A stretch of 64,000 nucleotides of DNA, from the IMG/VR virus record IMGVR_UViG_2799112719_000001; one strand, 5' to 3'. Source of the stretch: a virus. Below the pieces are notes generated by a model. It was not told the DNA's origin and did no database searches. It was given only the letters and a program-made list of their open reading frames with translations. Positions 18,687 through 27,858 of the stretch are shown one piece after another (the stretch's first letter is position 1; each line of letters opens with the position of its first letter). The position numbers and the translations under genes are program-made.

Positions 18687-19754
18687 ATGCTTATCTCATC
18701 CCCCGAAGAACTGAGGCTTTATTCGCCCTCTAACGCCATCGACAACATCGAGACGATGGCAGGTTTTTTTGATTCGTCTGAGCAGGACTTCCTAAAGGAT
18801 AAACTCGGCGCACAGCTCCATCAGTCGTTGGTGGAATATTATCAGTCATTGCGCGATGGCGAGGGTGCTATTGCGGAGTATATCGGACAGATTGTAGCCG
18901 GTACTCCCCTACCCCCTTACGCCCGTCTGCTGACACTGGCACAGCGTATCATCACCTTTGATGCGCTCGGTCGTGCTATCGACCAGCAGGCTATCAGCGT
19001 CAATGGTGCAGGCATCAATATTGGTGTGGCCGATGACTACCAGAAAGTTGACCCCGCCACCATTGCGGCCTATAAGCAGAGCTGCATCAAGGAGTCTCAC
19101 GCTGCTATCAATGCCTTGCTCGTGACACTCGAAGAGTGGACGCAGGAGGTGAATGCGATCGACCCTGCCACCATTGAGCCAGAAAGCTCTAACGCTGAGA
19201 AAAAGGAGATTACCGATTATTGGCGTACCTCACGCTATTTCTTCCTCGCTGCAAGTCTGGCTATCCCGTCGGCTACCATCCTTCAGGAATATCTCGACAT
19301 CTACGGCTCGCGTGAGAAGTTTATCCTCATGCTGCCTGACCTGCGTTTTATCCAGGAGGATATTCTGACTCCTATCATCGGCGAGGATCTGATGGACTAT
19401 CTCGTTGAAACAGCAACCAAGGGCACTGATGACCGCCTTTTGAAGCGTATCATTCACCGTTTGCGTAAGGCTATGGCCCGTCACCTGGAATCGCGTACCA
19501 TGCAGATAAAAGTGGGAGACCCAAGACGTGAGACGGCACATAACGAGGCCGTGCAGTTGACTTCCGACCTCTCCAGCTACCTGCAAACGCATCAGCCCGA
19601 CATGGAAGGCGACCTGCTGGAAGCCTTTAAGACCTCTCCCCTCTATGTGGCTCCCGCCACTGAGCCTGAAGCATCGGCTTCTGGTGAATACACGCCGGAG
19701 TTTGAAAACAATGCCTCTGGCTCTGTCATGTTTGTAACCCCTGCCCTCGATTAG
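18687..19754 (+). CDS. Hypothetical virion protein (355 aa) with an in-frame palindromic element near the C-terminus
   Basis: First ATG at 18687 (the track start at 18678 is TTG). It contains EPEASASGE, encoded by 19665-19684. Confidence 0.7.
   Translation: MLISSPEELRLYSPSNAIDNIETMAGFFDSSEQDFLKDKLGAQLHQSLVEYYQSLRDGEGAIAEYIGQIVAGTPLPPYARLLTLAQRIITFDALGRAIDQQAISVNGAGINIGVADDYQKVDPATIAAYKQSCIKESHAAINALLVTLEEWTQEVNAIDPATIEPESSNAEKKEITDYWRTSRYFFLAASLAIPSATILQEYLDIYGSREKFILMLPDLRFIQEDILTPIIGEDLMDYLVETATKGTDDRLLKRIIHRLRKAMARHLESRTMQIKVGDPRRETAHNEAVQLTSDLSSYLQTHQPDMEGDLLEAFKTSPLYVAPATEPEASASGEYTPEFENNASGSVMFVTPALD
19665..19684 (+). repeat. In-frame palindromic element, family A (PEASASG)
   Basis: CCTGAAGC ATCG GCTTCTGG. 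8-bp stem with one T:T mismatch. Confidence 0.7.
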
Positions 19755-19756
19755 TT

Positions 19757-20410
19757 ATGACCAGCAATCTCTCTACTATCCTCGAAAAGTGGGCACAGTT
19801 ATACAAGCCCATATCGCATGACCCGAAACGTGGCTCTAAGGATAAGGCATACTACGAAATCAAGACCATCAATCAGGATTCGGAGTTTGTGCGTAATCAG
19901 AACACGGCAAAGTCGCCATGTATGGCCTATTCGGTCCTGGTAGATGCGGAAATGAACTCTACCAAGGTGGTGAACTATCGACACACCGTCTATTTTATGT
20001 CCCGTGCCAAAACGCGCTCGCTGGCTAAGAATGCCAAGCAGGATGATGAGCTGGGCACTGACCAGCAGCTGCTGATGGATGACATGGTGCAGGATCTCAT
20101 TCAGTATCTCCGTGATCTGAAACACTATGGCCGCTGTCCTATCACTGGCGAGACCTACGACACGCCTACGATGCTGTCGCTTCGTGGCCTCTCGCTCGAT
20201 AAATGCGAGTGGGGCAGTCTGCCTGTCAAGTATGCTGAATGGCATTTGATGGAGCTATCCATTGACCAGGACCAGCCACTCCCTGCCATCGGCTGTATCA
20301 ATAAGGAAAAGTATCACCTCCCTGTCTCTGAAGAAACCACTGTGCCCGATGGCTCTCCGTCGGGTGAAACTACCGTTCCTGAAGCACCTGCTTCGGGTGA
20401 TAACCCCTAA
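19757..20410 (+). CDS. Hypothetical protein (217 aa) with two palindromic elements in its C-terminal tail
   Basis: The tail reads TTVPDGSPSGETTVPEAPASGDNP*. Confidence 0.7.
   Translation: MTSNLSTILEKWAQLYKPISHDPKRGSKDKAYYEIKTINQDSEFVRNQNTAKSPCMAYSVLVDAEMNSTKVVNYRHTVYFMSRAKTRSLAKNAKQDDELGTDQQLLMDDMVQDLIQYLRDLKHYGRCPITGETYDTPTMLSLRGLSLDKCEWGSLPVKYAEWHLMELSIDQDQPLPAIGCINKEKYHLPVSEETTVPDGSPSGETTVPEAPASGDNP
20342..20365 (+). repeat. In-frame palindromic element, degenerate (VPDGSPSG)
   Basis: GTG CCCGA TGGCTCTCCG TCGGG T. 5-bp stem with the same GTGCCCG...CGGGT frame as the others. Confidence 0.55.
20375..20398 (+). repeat. In-frame palindromic element, family A (VPEAPASG)
   Basis: GTT CCTGAAGC ACCT GCTTCGGG T. 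8-bp stem with one G:T pair. Confidence 0.7.
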
Positions 20411-20426
20411 CTCATAAATATACAAT

Positions 20427-22967
20427 ATGACAGTCGCCCGTCCATCCGATTATTGGTTTTCATCCAGTGCTCTGTTTGTTCAACTCAATGCCGCTGGTGA
20501 TCGTAACTACATCCATGCTAACTGTTCGTCAGGTAGCATGGTGATGTGCTACATGCGTGGCATCGACGGGCTGGGATTTGATAATGGCCATAACTATCGC
20601 AGATGGACGCTGATAGCGTCGCCTACCGTCTTCCATGATGATGATCCCCGCTATGTCTATATCGCCATCCCAAAGAGCAATGCCGCCGACATTCCCGCAC
20701 AGGTGGTATGGCCGTCTGAAGAGTTGGATATCTACGGATGTAATGAGGGAGGTACACAGGTAGGTTCCACCGATTACTACTACATCTGGACGCGAGGCAT
20801 TATCTCAGCCTCTCGTGTGAATGGTGTGGCACAGGATCGTGTCTGGAGTCAGGTAGTAGATACTGGTACGCTGGCTTCTGATGAAGCGATTGCCAGTGGT
20901 GGTGAAGGCACCTGGTGGGAGTATATCGCTACTACCGACATGGTGAAGTTCCTGAAGACTATCAGTGAGGCTGTATTTGAGAAACTGACGGCATCCTGGG
21001 CCTCTATCACTCAGCTGGTACTTCACGGCCATACCATCAATGGCGTGGCTAATCCTGAGACGGTGGCCGATGCCAATGCCAACGACAAACTGGTGACTCC
21101 TGCTTACGCTAAGACGCAATATCTCTCGCGTACTCACGATGACACCGCAAATGGCGACATCACCTTCAATAACTCCATACTTGTTAAGGGTGAAACGGTG
21201 TTGAAACGCTCTGTCACCATTGGCGATTATGAGAAGGATATTCAGGTAGGCATCGGCTCGCGCACCGGCATGAAGATGCTGCCAGACGGCACCATTATTG
21301 CCCGCTCGTTGGAACTGTCGGAATCGCTGTCGGTACCAACCATCAAATACAACCAGATTGAGGTGCTTTCAGGCACCCGCTGGGACTCTGCCGGTAAGGG
21401 ACGTATCAAGGAGATTATCAGCACCGATGACACTAACCATACATGCCAGTTCGTGCTCGACCTGAACGATGGTGAACCAGGAGAGTTTATAGTGAATGAT
21501 ATCCTGCGTGGCTTCTGGCACAACATGGATGGTACTAAGAATGCCACTACCAACAGCGATGACCGTAAGGGTAATATCCAACGTGCAGGATTCCAGTCTA
21601 TCTACTGCCGCGTAACAGCCGTGGCCAACGTCGTTGAGCGTGTCACCAATGATGTTGTTGAGTATATCGCACAGGATGCGCAATATGTGGCACAGGAAGG
21701 TGATAAGATTCGTGAAAATGGCCTCGTAACGGTGGCCATGCGTCAGTTCAATACGAATCCTGTCACTTGGTCGCCCGCTCCTGAACAGTGGAGTGTGCTG
21801 TCTGTCTCTGGCTTCTTTGGTGTGGATCATCCAGAGCGTCAGAAGTTCTTTATCTATACTACGTCCTATATGGCCCGCTTCGAGGGTGTAAACACATGGG
21901 AATGGGAAGAGCATTGCTTCATGGGTGGCTGGGGTGACTTGACCGGCTTTGCCATGCTGCAACTGGACGAAAACCAACAGGTAGTATATCGTAAGGAGTT
22001 CAACGGCGAGGGCTTCGTCACCAAGGATGCGCATATCTATGGTGTGCTCGACCAGTTTACGCGATTCTCTGACCGTATCGACATCAAACTGTCACGTCCT
22101 GATGGCACCATTGCCGACGGCGAACAGCAACGCGCCGACTTCATCCTGAAGGATGTAGAGGGTAACGTCATTAGCAGTGGCTATACGATGAGCATTACCC
22201 GACAAAGCGGCAATGCGGCTGCTGATACGGCATGGAATCAGGCCATGGCTACACAATACCCCAGCGGCATCCCGTCGGCTCTCTATTTCCAGTTTGCTGA
22301 TGTGCCTGAAGGTGGTGCTGTCTATGTGGTGGCCGCCACACGTCAGGTAAGCGATGGGCAGGGTGGCTATGACACCTATACAACCAGCGCGTCGTTTGTC
22401 CTCTCCCGTGCCTATGCCCAGGAGATTTTCTTAGGAGCGTGGGATGCTGCAACGCTCTATGAGCGCACTCCCCGACTCTACCCCACCGTCACACATAACG
22501 GCTGCAAGTGGTATCTCTATGCTGCCAGTAGTCAGAATAACGAGCCACACCCCACATCGACCTACTGGAAGATGGTGTATGGTGTCAACGACCTTCAGAT
22601 ATGCTTCTACGACCGTGCAGGGCACCGCATCACATCAGCAGCGCAATATCCTGGTGCCGTTAATCTCTATCTCGACCCGCATTTGCTGTGTGGCAACTAT
22701 GACATCACCGACCAGCTGACAGATAGCGATTGGTCGTGGGAGCGTTACACCGGCAATTATGGTGAAGAGACCGACACCCGTAGTGCAGCCGATAAGCAGT
22801 CTGATCAGGGGTGGCCTAATGCCCACTGGCCTGCCATTCCTAAGACTCGTATCATCACGATTACCAACGATGACATGCCCCCGACATGGGGTAGCGGTTC
22901 CATCGTGAACTTTATCGTCACTGCCAGCTATGGATCCCTGACGATTGATAACGCGGTACAAATGTAA
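20427..22967 (+). CDS. Large virion structural protein (846 aa), function unassigned
   Basis: Long uninterrupted ORF in the late operon. No motif recognised. Confidence 0.75.
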   Translation: MTVARPSDYWFSSSALFVQLNAAGDRNYIHANCSSGSMVMCYMRGIDGLGFDNGHNYRRWTLIASPTVFHDDDPRYVYIAIPKSNAADIPAQVVWPSEELDIYGCNEGGTQVGSTDYYYIWTRGIISASRVNGVAQDRVWSQVVDTGTLASDEAIASGGEGTWWEYIATTDMVKFLKTISEAVFEKLTASWASITQLVLHGHTINGVANPETVADANANDKLVTPAYAKTQYLSRTHDDTANGDITFNNSILVKGETVLKRSVTIGDYEKDIQVGIGSRTGMKMLPDGTIIARSLELSESLSVPTIKYNQIEVLSGTRWDSAGKGRIKEIISTDDTNHTCQFVLDLNDGEPGEFIVNDILRGFWHNMDGTKNATTNSDDRKGNIQRAGFQSIYCRVTAVANVVERVTNDVVEYIAQDAQYVAQEGDKIRENGLVTVAMRQFNTNPVTWSPAPEQWSVLSVSGFFGVDHPERQKFFIYTTSYMARFEGVNTWEWEEHCFMGGWGDLTGFAMLQLDENQQVVYRKEFNGEGFVTKDAHIYGVLDQFTRFSDRIDIKLSRPDGTIADGEQQRADFILKDVEGNVISSGYTMSITRQSGNAAADTAWNQAMATQYPSGIPSALYFQFADVPEGGAVYVVAATRQVSDGQGGYDTYTTSASFVLSRAYAQEIFLGAWDAATLYERTPRLYPTVTHNGCKWYLYAASSQNNEPHPTSTYWKMVYGVNDLQICFYDRAGHRITSAAQYPGAVNLYLDPHLLCGNYDITDQLTDSDWSWERYTGNYGEETDTRSAADKQSDQGWPNAHWPAIPKTRIITITNDDMPPTWGSGSIVNFIVTASYGSLTIDNAVQM

Positions 22968-23005
22968 ATTTCGTGTTCATTACCCCCGCTGCAATTCAGC
23001 AGCAA

Positions 23006-23038
23006 AGCCGTGCTACGAGTTGGCATGGCTTTTTTTTG
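23006..23038 (+). terminator. Intrinsic terminator
   Basis: AGCCGTGC...GGCATGGCT imperfect stem followed by T8. Confidence 0.55.
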
Positions 23039-23076
23039 TCCCTACCTTTTCCCCCGTTTCCCCTATATTTGCAGTG
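23031..23076 (+). promoter_or_regulatory. Late promoter copy 3
   Basis: TTTTTTGTCCCTACCTTTTCCCCCGTTTCCCCTATATTTGC. The -7 box TATATTTG lies at 23064-23071. Confidence 0.6.
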
Positions 23077-23130
23077 ATAAAATTTGTTGTTTCATGCTGC
23101 TGTCACAGCGGCCCCTAAAAAATTAAGATT

Positions 23131-23748
23131 ATGACAAGCTCTATTCAAGAACCGTGCTGCATCGAGAACACCCTGCCTCGACTGCTTCGTGAACATGCTC
23201 TCGCCACCTGGCAGACCAATGGCGATGTAACCTTTGACAAGCTGATGAAGGCTGTCGGCTGTCTCGCTGGTGATGCTATCACCGTCATAGTCATCACACC
23301 CTCTATCGACATTGCACATCTGCGTTACCTCCGTTGGTTGCATCAGCGTGGATGGCTGAAGGAACTGAAAGTGCTGACGGCTACCGACCAGGCAGAGTTG
23401 GTAAAGAACGAGCTGCCTGCCGAATTGCCGATGACCATCAGTAACCACACCTCAGTAGTGGAGCCGTTGCTGATTATCACTGGAGAGAAGAAAACGGTGG
23501 TGGTACAGGGTGCCTTGCTCCCCATTGTCACACCTGGCCATTATCAGTATGTCACCTATTGCGGCAATGACCAGGAGCAAATCGACATGCTTACTGCCAG
23601 TGCCCTCTCTCTCCTGCGCACTGCTTCCCGTAAAAAGGATAAGAAGGGCAAGAAAGCCGAAGAAACACCATCTGCTGAAGCCCCCGTGCCCGAAGCATCC
23701 GCTTCGGGTGAAGCTACCGTTTCTGAAGGTGAAAAAACCGCTGAATAA
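23131..23748 (+). CDS. Hypothetical protein (205 aa) with an in-frame palindromic element in its C-terminal tail
   Basis: The tail reads SAEAPVPEASASGEATVSEGEKTAE*. Confidence 0.7.
   Translation: MTSSIQEPCCIENTLPRLLREHALATWQTNGDVTFDKLMKAVGCLAGDAITVIVITPSIDIAHLRYLRWLHQRGWLKELKVLTATDQAELVKNELPAELPMTISNHTSVVEPLLIITGEKKTVVVQGALLPIVTPGHYQYVTYCGNDQEQIDMLTASALSLLRTASRKKDKKGKKAEETPSAEAPVPEASASGEATVSEGEKTAE
23686..23709 (+). repeat. In-frame palindromic element, family A (VPEASASG)
   Basis: GTG CCCGAAGC ATCC GCTTCGGG T. Perfect 8-bp stem. The flanking GAAGCCCCCGT is also shared with the 12090 copy. Confidence 0.8.
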
Positions 23749-24293
23749 TGGCCGTCCAGATAGAAAAGCCCCGTCGCCCCATAAATGTGGTGCTCCGTTC
23801 CTTTGCCCGCCAGTCTGTGCAGGCAATGGAACAGGGCTTTCGTACTCAGCACGTCTGGCCTTATGAGATTTATCCTGGCTTTGCCAAGATAAACGCTATC
23901 CGTAAGGCTCGTGCCATGAGAGGTGGTAAGGATTGGTTTGCTACTGGTGAGGGTTTGAAGTCGTTTCAGTATGAAGTGATGTCTGCCGCACAGGGCAACG
24001 AGACCATCCGTATTGAGTTCAACCACTACCTGCGCTTCGTTGACATGGGTACTGCCGGCGGTAAGCCTATCGAGACGGTGGACCGTGCGCGTAAAGCTCA
24101 TTACAGCCGTCGCTATGTCACGATATGGAGCGCAAGGGATGGTGACACACATCGACCATTCTCTATAATGATGGAAGCCCGCCACCTTGAAGGGCGTATG
24201 CAACGCTATCTCGAAGACTATTACGGACGTGAGGTGAATGCTCAGATCTATCGTACATTTAGCGGCCTCGGTGCCATTGACTTGACCCTGTAG
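23748..24293 (+). CDS. Hypothetical protein (181 aa)
   Basis: TAATG stop/start overlap with the upstream gene. Confidence 0.7.
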   Translation: MAVQIEKPRRPINVVLRSFARQSVQAMEQGFRTQHVWPYEIYPGFAKINAIRKARAMRGGKDWFATGEGLKSFQYEVMSAAQGNETIRIEFNHYLRFVDMGTAGGKPIETVDRARKAHYSRRYVTIWSARDGDTHRPFSIMMEARHLEGRMQRYLEDYYGREVNAQIYRTFSGLGAIDLTL

Positions 24294-24297
24294 TGTG

Positions 24298-24318
24298 CCT
24301 GCTGGTTCTGCCAGCAGG
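24298..24318 (+). terminator. Family-B hairpin without a U-tract (attenuator or processing site?)
   Basis: CCTGCTGG (24298-24305) pairs with CCAGCAGG (24311-24318), immediately after the stop codon. Confidence 0.45.
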
Positions 24319-24348
24319 TACTCATAATAACCAAAAACAATAAGAGTA

Positions 24349-24918
24349 ATGAACATTTTTAAGAAATGGCGTGAATATCGCGCCGCCAAGAGAAAGAAAA
24401 AGGAACTGCGTCAAACCAGCCGAGTATTTGGTCACATTGAACAGTTGACAAAGAGCCACATGCTCATTTGGGAACTGAAAGACCGTCGCCTTTTTATTGC
24501 ACAGCCATTGGCCATGGTCATGCTGTCGCGTGGTGCTGAAGCATGGCGAAACTTCCTGAACAATGTCTATCTGTATCATGTCTTCTGCCTGCAACAGCAG
24601 CAGTGGGATCAGTATGTGCTCGACTTGCAGCGTAAGGCTGTGGCAGAGCGCGTGGCCAGTGGTATCAAGGTGAAGCCAGGCGAACTGGACCGTATTCGTC
24701 GTGCTGTGCGTGACGGCATCAATAAGGATGGTGTGGCACTGCCTCCCATCGAGGCGTTTGATTTCTATATCATTGCCGACAATGCCAGTGGCGACGCACA
24801 GGCTGAGATTACCTTCGTTGGTGAGTATAACCCCGAAACCCGATTGTTTGATATGGCATCCTGGGAGGAAGTGAAAGCTGCCGTTCAAGAGGCCAAAAAG
24901 AATACCGAAAAAGAGTAG
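24349..24918 (+). CDS. Hypothetical protein (189 aa)
   Basis: ORF directly upstream of the ACP gene. Confidence 0.7.
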   Translation: MNIFKKWREYRAAKRKKKELRQTSRVFGHIEQLTKSHMLIWELKDRRLFIAQPLAMVMLSRGAEAWRNFLNNVYLYHVFCLQQQQWDQYVLDLQRKAVAERVASGIKVKPGELDRIRRAVRDGINKDGVALPPIEAFDFYIIADNASGDAQAEITFVGEYNPETRLFDMASWEEVKAAVQEAKKNTEKE

Positions 24919-24923
24919 TGTCT

Positions 24924-25187
24924 ATGACTGAAAATGAATTATTCAATAGAATACTTGACGTGATGGAGGCTCGTTTCGACAACATGCCACCGCGTCATTC
25001 CGTCACTATCGACGATAACTTTGCCGAAGACCTGGACTTGGAATCGCTCGACCTCGTAGATCTGATTATGGGCGTAGAGACCGCCTTTGACATCAAACTC
25101 GACATGGCCGATGCAAAGAACACCAAGACCATTCGTGACCTGATAAACTTTATTCGTGAAGTAAAGCCGGAGTTATGCGCACAGTAA
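24924..25187 (+). CDS. acpP: Acyl carrier protein
   Basis: 87 aa from ATG 24924. DLDLESLDLVDLIMGVETAFDIKL matches the ACP DSL phosphopantetheine-serine helix-II motif. Confidence 0.8.
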   Translation: MTENELFNRILDVMEARFDNMPPRHSVTIDDNFAEDLDLESLDLVDLIMGVETAFDIKLDMADAKNTKTIRDLINFIREVKPELCAQ

Positions 25188-26410
25188 TCACAGGCATGGG
25201 CATCTGGTCGTGCATCGGCGAAGACGTGCATACGGTGGAACAGTCGTTGCGCACTCGTTGTGCCGGCATTGGCACCGACTACCGACGTACAGAATACGGC
25301 TACCAGTCGCCACTCACGGGTATTGTGCTCCGTCCTGACCTGAAGGCAGAGCATTTGAAACGTGCCCAGCGTACCTGCATGGGAGAGCCTGCCGAATATG
25401 CTTACATGGCGGTAAAGCAGACCCTCGCTCAGAGTGGCATCACCGACCTGCATCACTGTGGCCTGATAGTCAGCAATGACAGTACGGCTAATGCCCTGGC
25501 AGAGACAGAGGAAATCATGCAACTGCACCATGACAGCCGTCATTTGGGTGCAGGCATGGTGTTCCGTACATTGAACAGTACCGTGTCAATGTCGCTGGCT
25601 TCCATCTTTGGCATCGGTGGACTGACGCTGACCGTCTCTGCTGCCTGTGCCGGTGGTGGCCATGCCATCGGACTGGCTCACTCGCTCATCAAGAGTGGCA
25701 TCCTTGACTGCTGTATCGTTGTGGGTGCCCAGGAGGTAGGACTACATGCCTACACGTCCTTTGACGCACTCGGTGTATTCAGTCGCCGCACCGATGACCC
25801 AGCAGCGGCCTCACGCCCCTTTGACGTGTCACGCGATGGACTGGTGCCGTCGGGTGGTGCAGCAGCTGTCATCCTTGAAAGTGAAGCCCATTCCGCACAG
25901 GGCTGTCGCCGTCCGATGGCCAGCATCGACGGTTATGGCTTCAGTACGTCACCGAATATCATCAGTCCGTCGGCTGACAGCATTTTCCGCTCAATGACCA
26001 ACGCCCTGAAGGATGCGAATCTCACACCTGCCGACATCGACATGATAGCAGCTCATGCTACCGGCACCCGCGATGGTGACAATGCCGAAGCAGAAGCCAT
26101 CACCTCCCTCTCGCTCTTTGCGCCTGTGCCCGCTGGCACTCCTGCGGGTCCCTACGTCGTAAGTACCAAGTGCTACACAGGCCATGAGTGCTGGATGTCG
26201 GGTGTGTCACAGGTGGTTTATACGCTGATTCAGATGCAGGAGCGTTTCATTGCGCCTCACATCAATCTTACTCAGCCCGATAAGGCTGCTGAACAGTTAC
26301 GCATCCCCACTACCCTTGTAGATAACGTCACCATCCGTCATGCGCTCTGCAATGCCTTTGGCTTTGGTGGCACTAACGCATCACTAATATTGTCACTATG
26401 GAAAGAATAA
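25175..26410 (+). CDS. fabF: Beta-ketoacyl-ACP synthase, KAS I/II (FabF/FabB-like)
   Basis: VSAACAGGGHAIG (active-site Cys), AAHATGT (His), STKCYTGHECWMSG (Lys/His) and NAFGFGGTNASLIL. It overlaps the ACP gene by 13 nt. Confidence 0.85.
   Translation: MRTVITGMGIWSCIGEDVHTVEQSLRTRCAGIGTDYRRTEYGYQSPLTGIVLRPDLKAEHLKRAQRTCMGEPAEYAYMAVKQTLAQSGITDLHHCGLIVSNDSTANALAETEEIMQLHHDSRHLGAGMVFRTLNSTVSMSLASIFGIGGLTLTVSAACAGGGHAIGLAHSLIKSGILDCCIVVGAQEVGLHAYTSFDALGVFSRRTDDPAAASRPFDVSRDGLVPSGGAAAVILESEAHSAQGCRRPMASIDGYGFSTSPNIISPSADSIFRSMTNALKDANLTPADIDMIAAHATGTRDGDNAEAEAITSLSLFAPVPAGTPAGPYVVSTKCYTGHECWMSGVSQVVYTLIQMQERFIAPHINLTQPDKAAEQLRIPTTLVDNVTIRHALCNAFGFGGTNASLILSLWKE
26126..26149 (+). repeat. In-frame palindromic element, family B (VPAGTPAG), inside the KAS gene
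   Basis: GTG CCCGCTGG CACT CCTGCGGG T. 8-bp stem with one mismatch and the same arms as the terminators at 4557 and 15114. Confidence 0.7.
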
Positions 26411-27525
26411 ACCTGCAACTCCCCACCTCTTATAACCGCTGTACGCCGGCACAGCTCCGTGCTATTGCTGCAATCATGGCCGACCGTGGACTGCACACCT
26501 CCCGTCTGCATCCTTACGATCATTTTGAGGTGAAGGTGGCGGTATTCTTCCGACTTACGGGCATAGAGGTGGTGGAGCCTGTCAATCCGCGTGTCAACGT
26601 AGAAGACCAATACTACACATGCCGACAAACGCCCTGGACGCTCGAAGAGGAAAACAGTCGTTGGTTCCGTATGCTACGCTGGTATCGTAGCTTTAAGGCA
26701 TGGTTCCGTCGCTCAGTCCTCGGACATGATGACACCTTTTCGCTCTATCTCTGGCAAATCAACTACTGGCTGACTCCGCATAAGAATCTCATCAATGGAA
26801 AAGACATACCTGGTATGCTCGATTGGCTCGATGCTGACAGCCGTGACCACCTCCTGCGCTTCCCGTTCCCGACGGTGTACCGTCGCCGTCGCTCCAGTTG
26901 GTTCTCTATCGGCAAAAAGGTGGAGTTTCATGGACCGTCACCATTCATGGACGGCTTCATTTGGCGACGCTACCGTTTTGCCCAGGACTACATGCAGGTG
27001 TATGTGGATTGTCACAACGCTTTGCTTCAGATGCAGCAGCAGGGAAATAAGGTATCTGCCGATGACATGCTGAAAGCAGTAAAGAACTACGACCTTGCAA
27101 AAGCAATGTTTCTGGCCGTGCTCTACAACAGTCGTATTACCTATGTCGATGAAGAGACGGGCTGCAAGAAAACGGATTTCCATTATCAGAGCAACCAGCA
27201 TAGCGATAACAGTCCCTATTTCCGTAATTTCCCTGAGTCTGACTTCCAACTCATCCTCCTATGGTGGCAGGGCATGATGCACTTCTTACAGAAAACCTAT
27301 CCCAAGGTGTTCAAGAAAACATCGGTAAAGAGTCCTAAGAAGCCCGTCAATCCGCTGGAACTCTACACCCGCACTACGGCAACAATGGAGAAATACCTGC
27401 ATATCACCGCCTCCGACGTGGACCGCGAACCATACACCACCATTCTCCAGCAGCTCGAAGATATTACCCGTCGTAATGAAGAGATAGAGAAGATGAACGC
27501 AAAAATGAAATCAAGACGCAAATAA
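26398..27525 (+). CDS. Hypothetical protein (375 aa)
   Basis: Overlaps the KAS stop by 13 nt. No motif recognised. Confidence 0.7.
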   Translation: MERINLQLPTSYNRCTPAQLRAIAAIMADRGLHTSRLHPYDHFEVKVAVFFRLTGIEVVEPVNPRVNVEDQYYTCRQTPWTLEEENSRWFRMLRWYRSFKAWFRRSVLGHDDTFSLYLWQINYWLTPHKNLINGKDIPGMLDWLDADSRDHLLRFPFPTVYRRRRSSWFSIGKKVEFHGPSPFMDGFIWRRYRFAQDYMQVYVDCHNALLQMQQQGNKVSADDMLKAVKNYDLAKAMFLAVLYNSRITYVDEETGCKKTDFHYQSNQHSDNSPYFRNFPESDFQLILLWWQGMMHFLQKTYPKVFKKTSVKSPKKPVNPLELYTRTTATMEKYLHITASDVDREPYTTILQQLEDITRRNEEIEKMNAKMKSRRK

Positions 27526-27528
27526 CCT

Positions 27529-27846
27529 ATGCCGACCAGACAACCATCTATCAGTTTTCAATTCCTCCGTAACTACATGGAGAAATTCACCTGGCGCGAT
27601 AAGCGCACAGGGCTGATGACTACTGGCTACAACCCGCCAGCAGGTGCCCAAGACCTCGCTCGTGTTCCCTTTCATGTCCGCTTTGTCACCGGCAAAGGCC
27701 GACGGGAAGAGGGTAATGCCATTTGTCTGAAGGTAGATCGTCGTAAGCACCTTCGTATGATTCAATTTGTAGAGTCAGGAGCCATCCGTTACCTCTACGA
27801 TTTCCTGGTCATCGAAGTGGACGGCACCCGTGTCCTGTCTCATTAA
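27529..27846 (+). CDS. Hypothetical protein (105 aa)
   Basis: Last ORF before a strong terminator. Confidence 0.65.
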   Translation: MPTRQPSISFQFLRNYMEKFTWRDKRTGLMTTGYNPPAGAQDLARVPFHVRFVTGKGRREEGNAICLKVDRRKHLRMIQFVESGAIRYLYDFLVIEVDGTRVLSH

Positions 27847-27858
27847 GGTTTTCTTATA

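Noticed and set aside
15200-22967. Assigning portal, scaffold, major capsid or terminase roles to the large late ORFs.
   Set aside because: I could not recognise any diagnostic motif by eye. Only size and position hint at a portal for 15200..17044, so these ORFs are left as structural or unknown.
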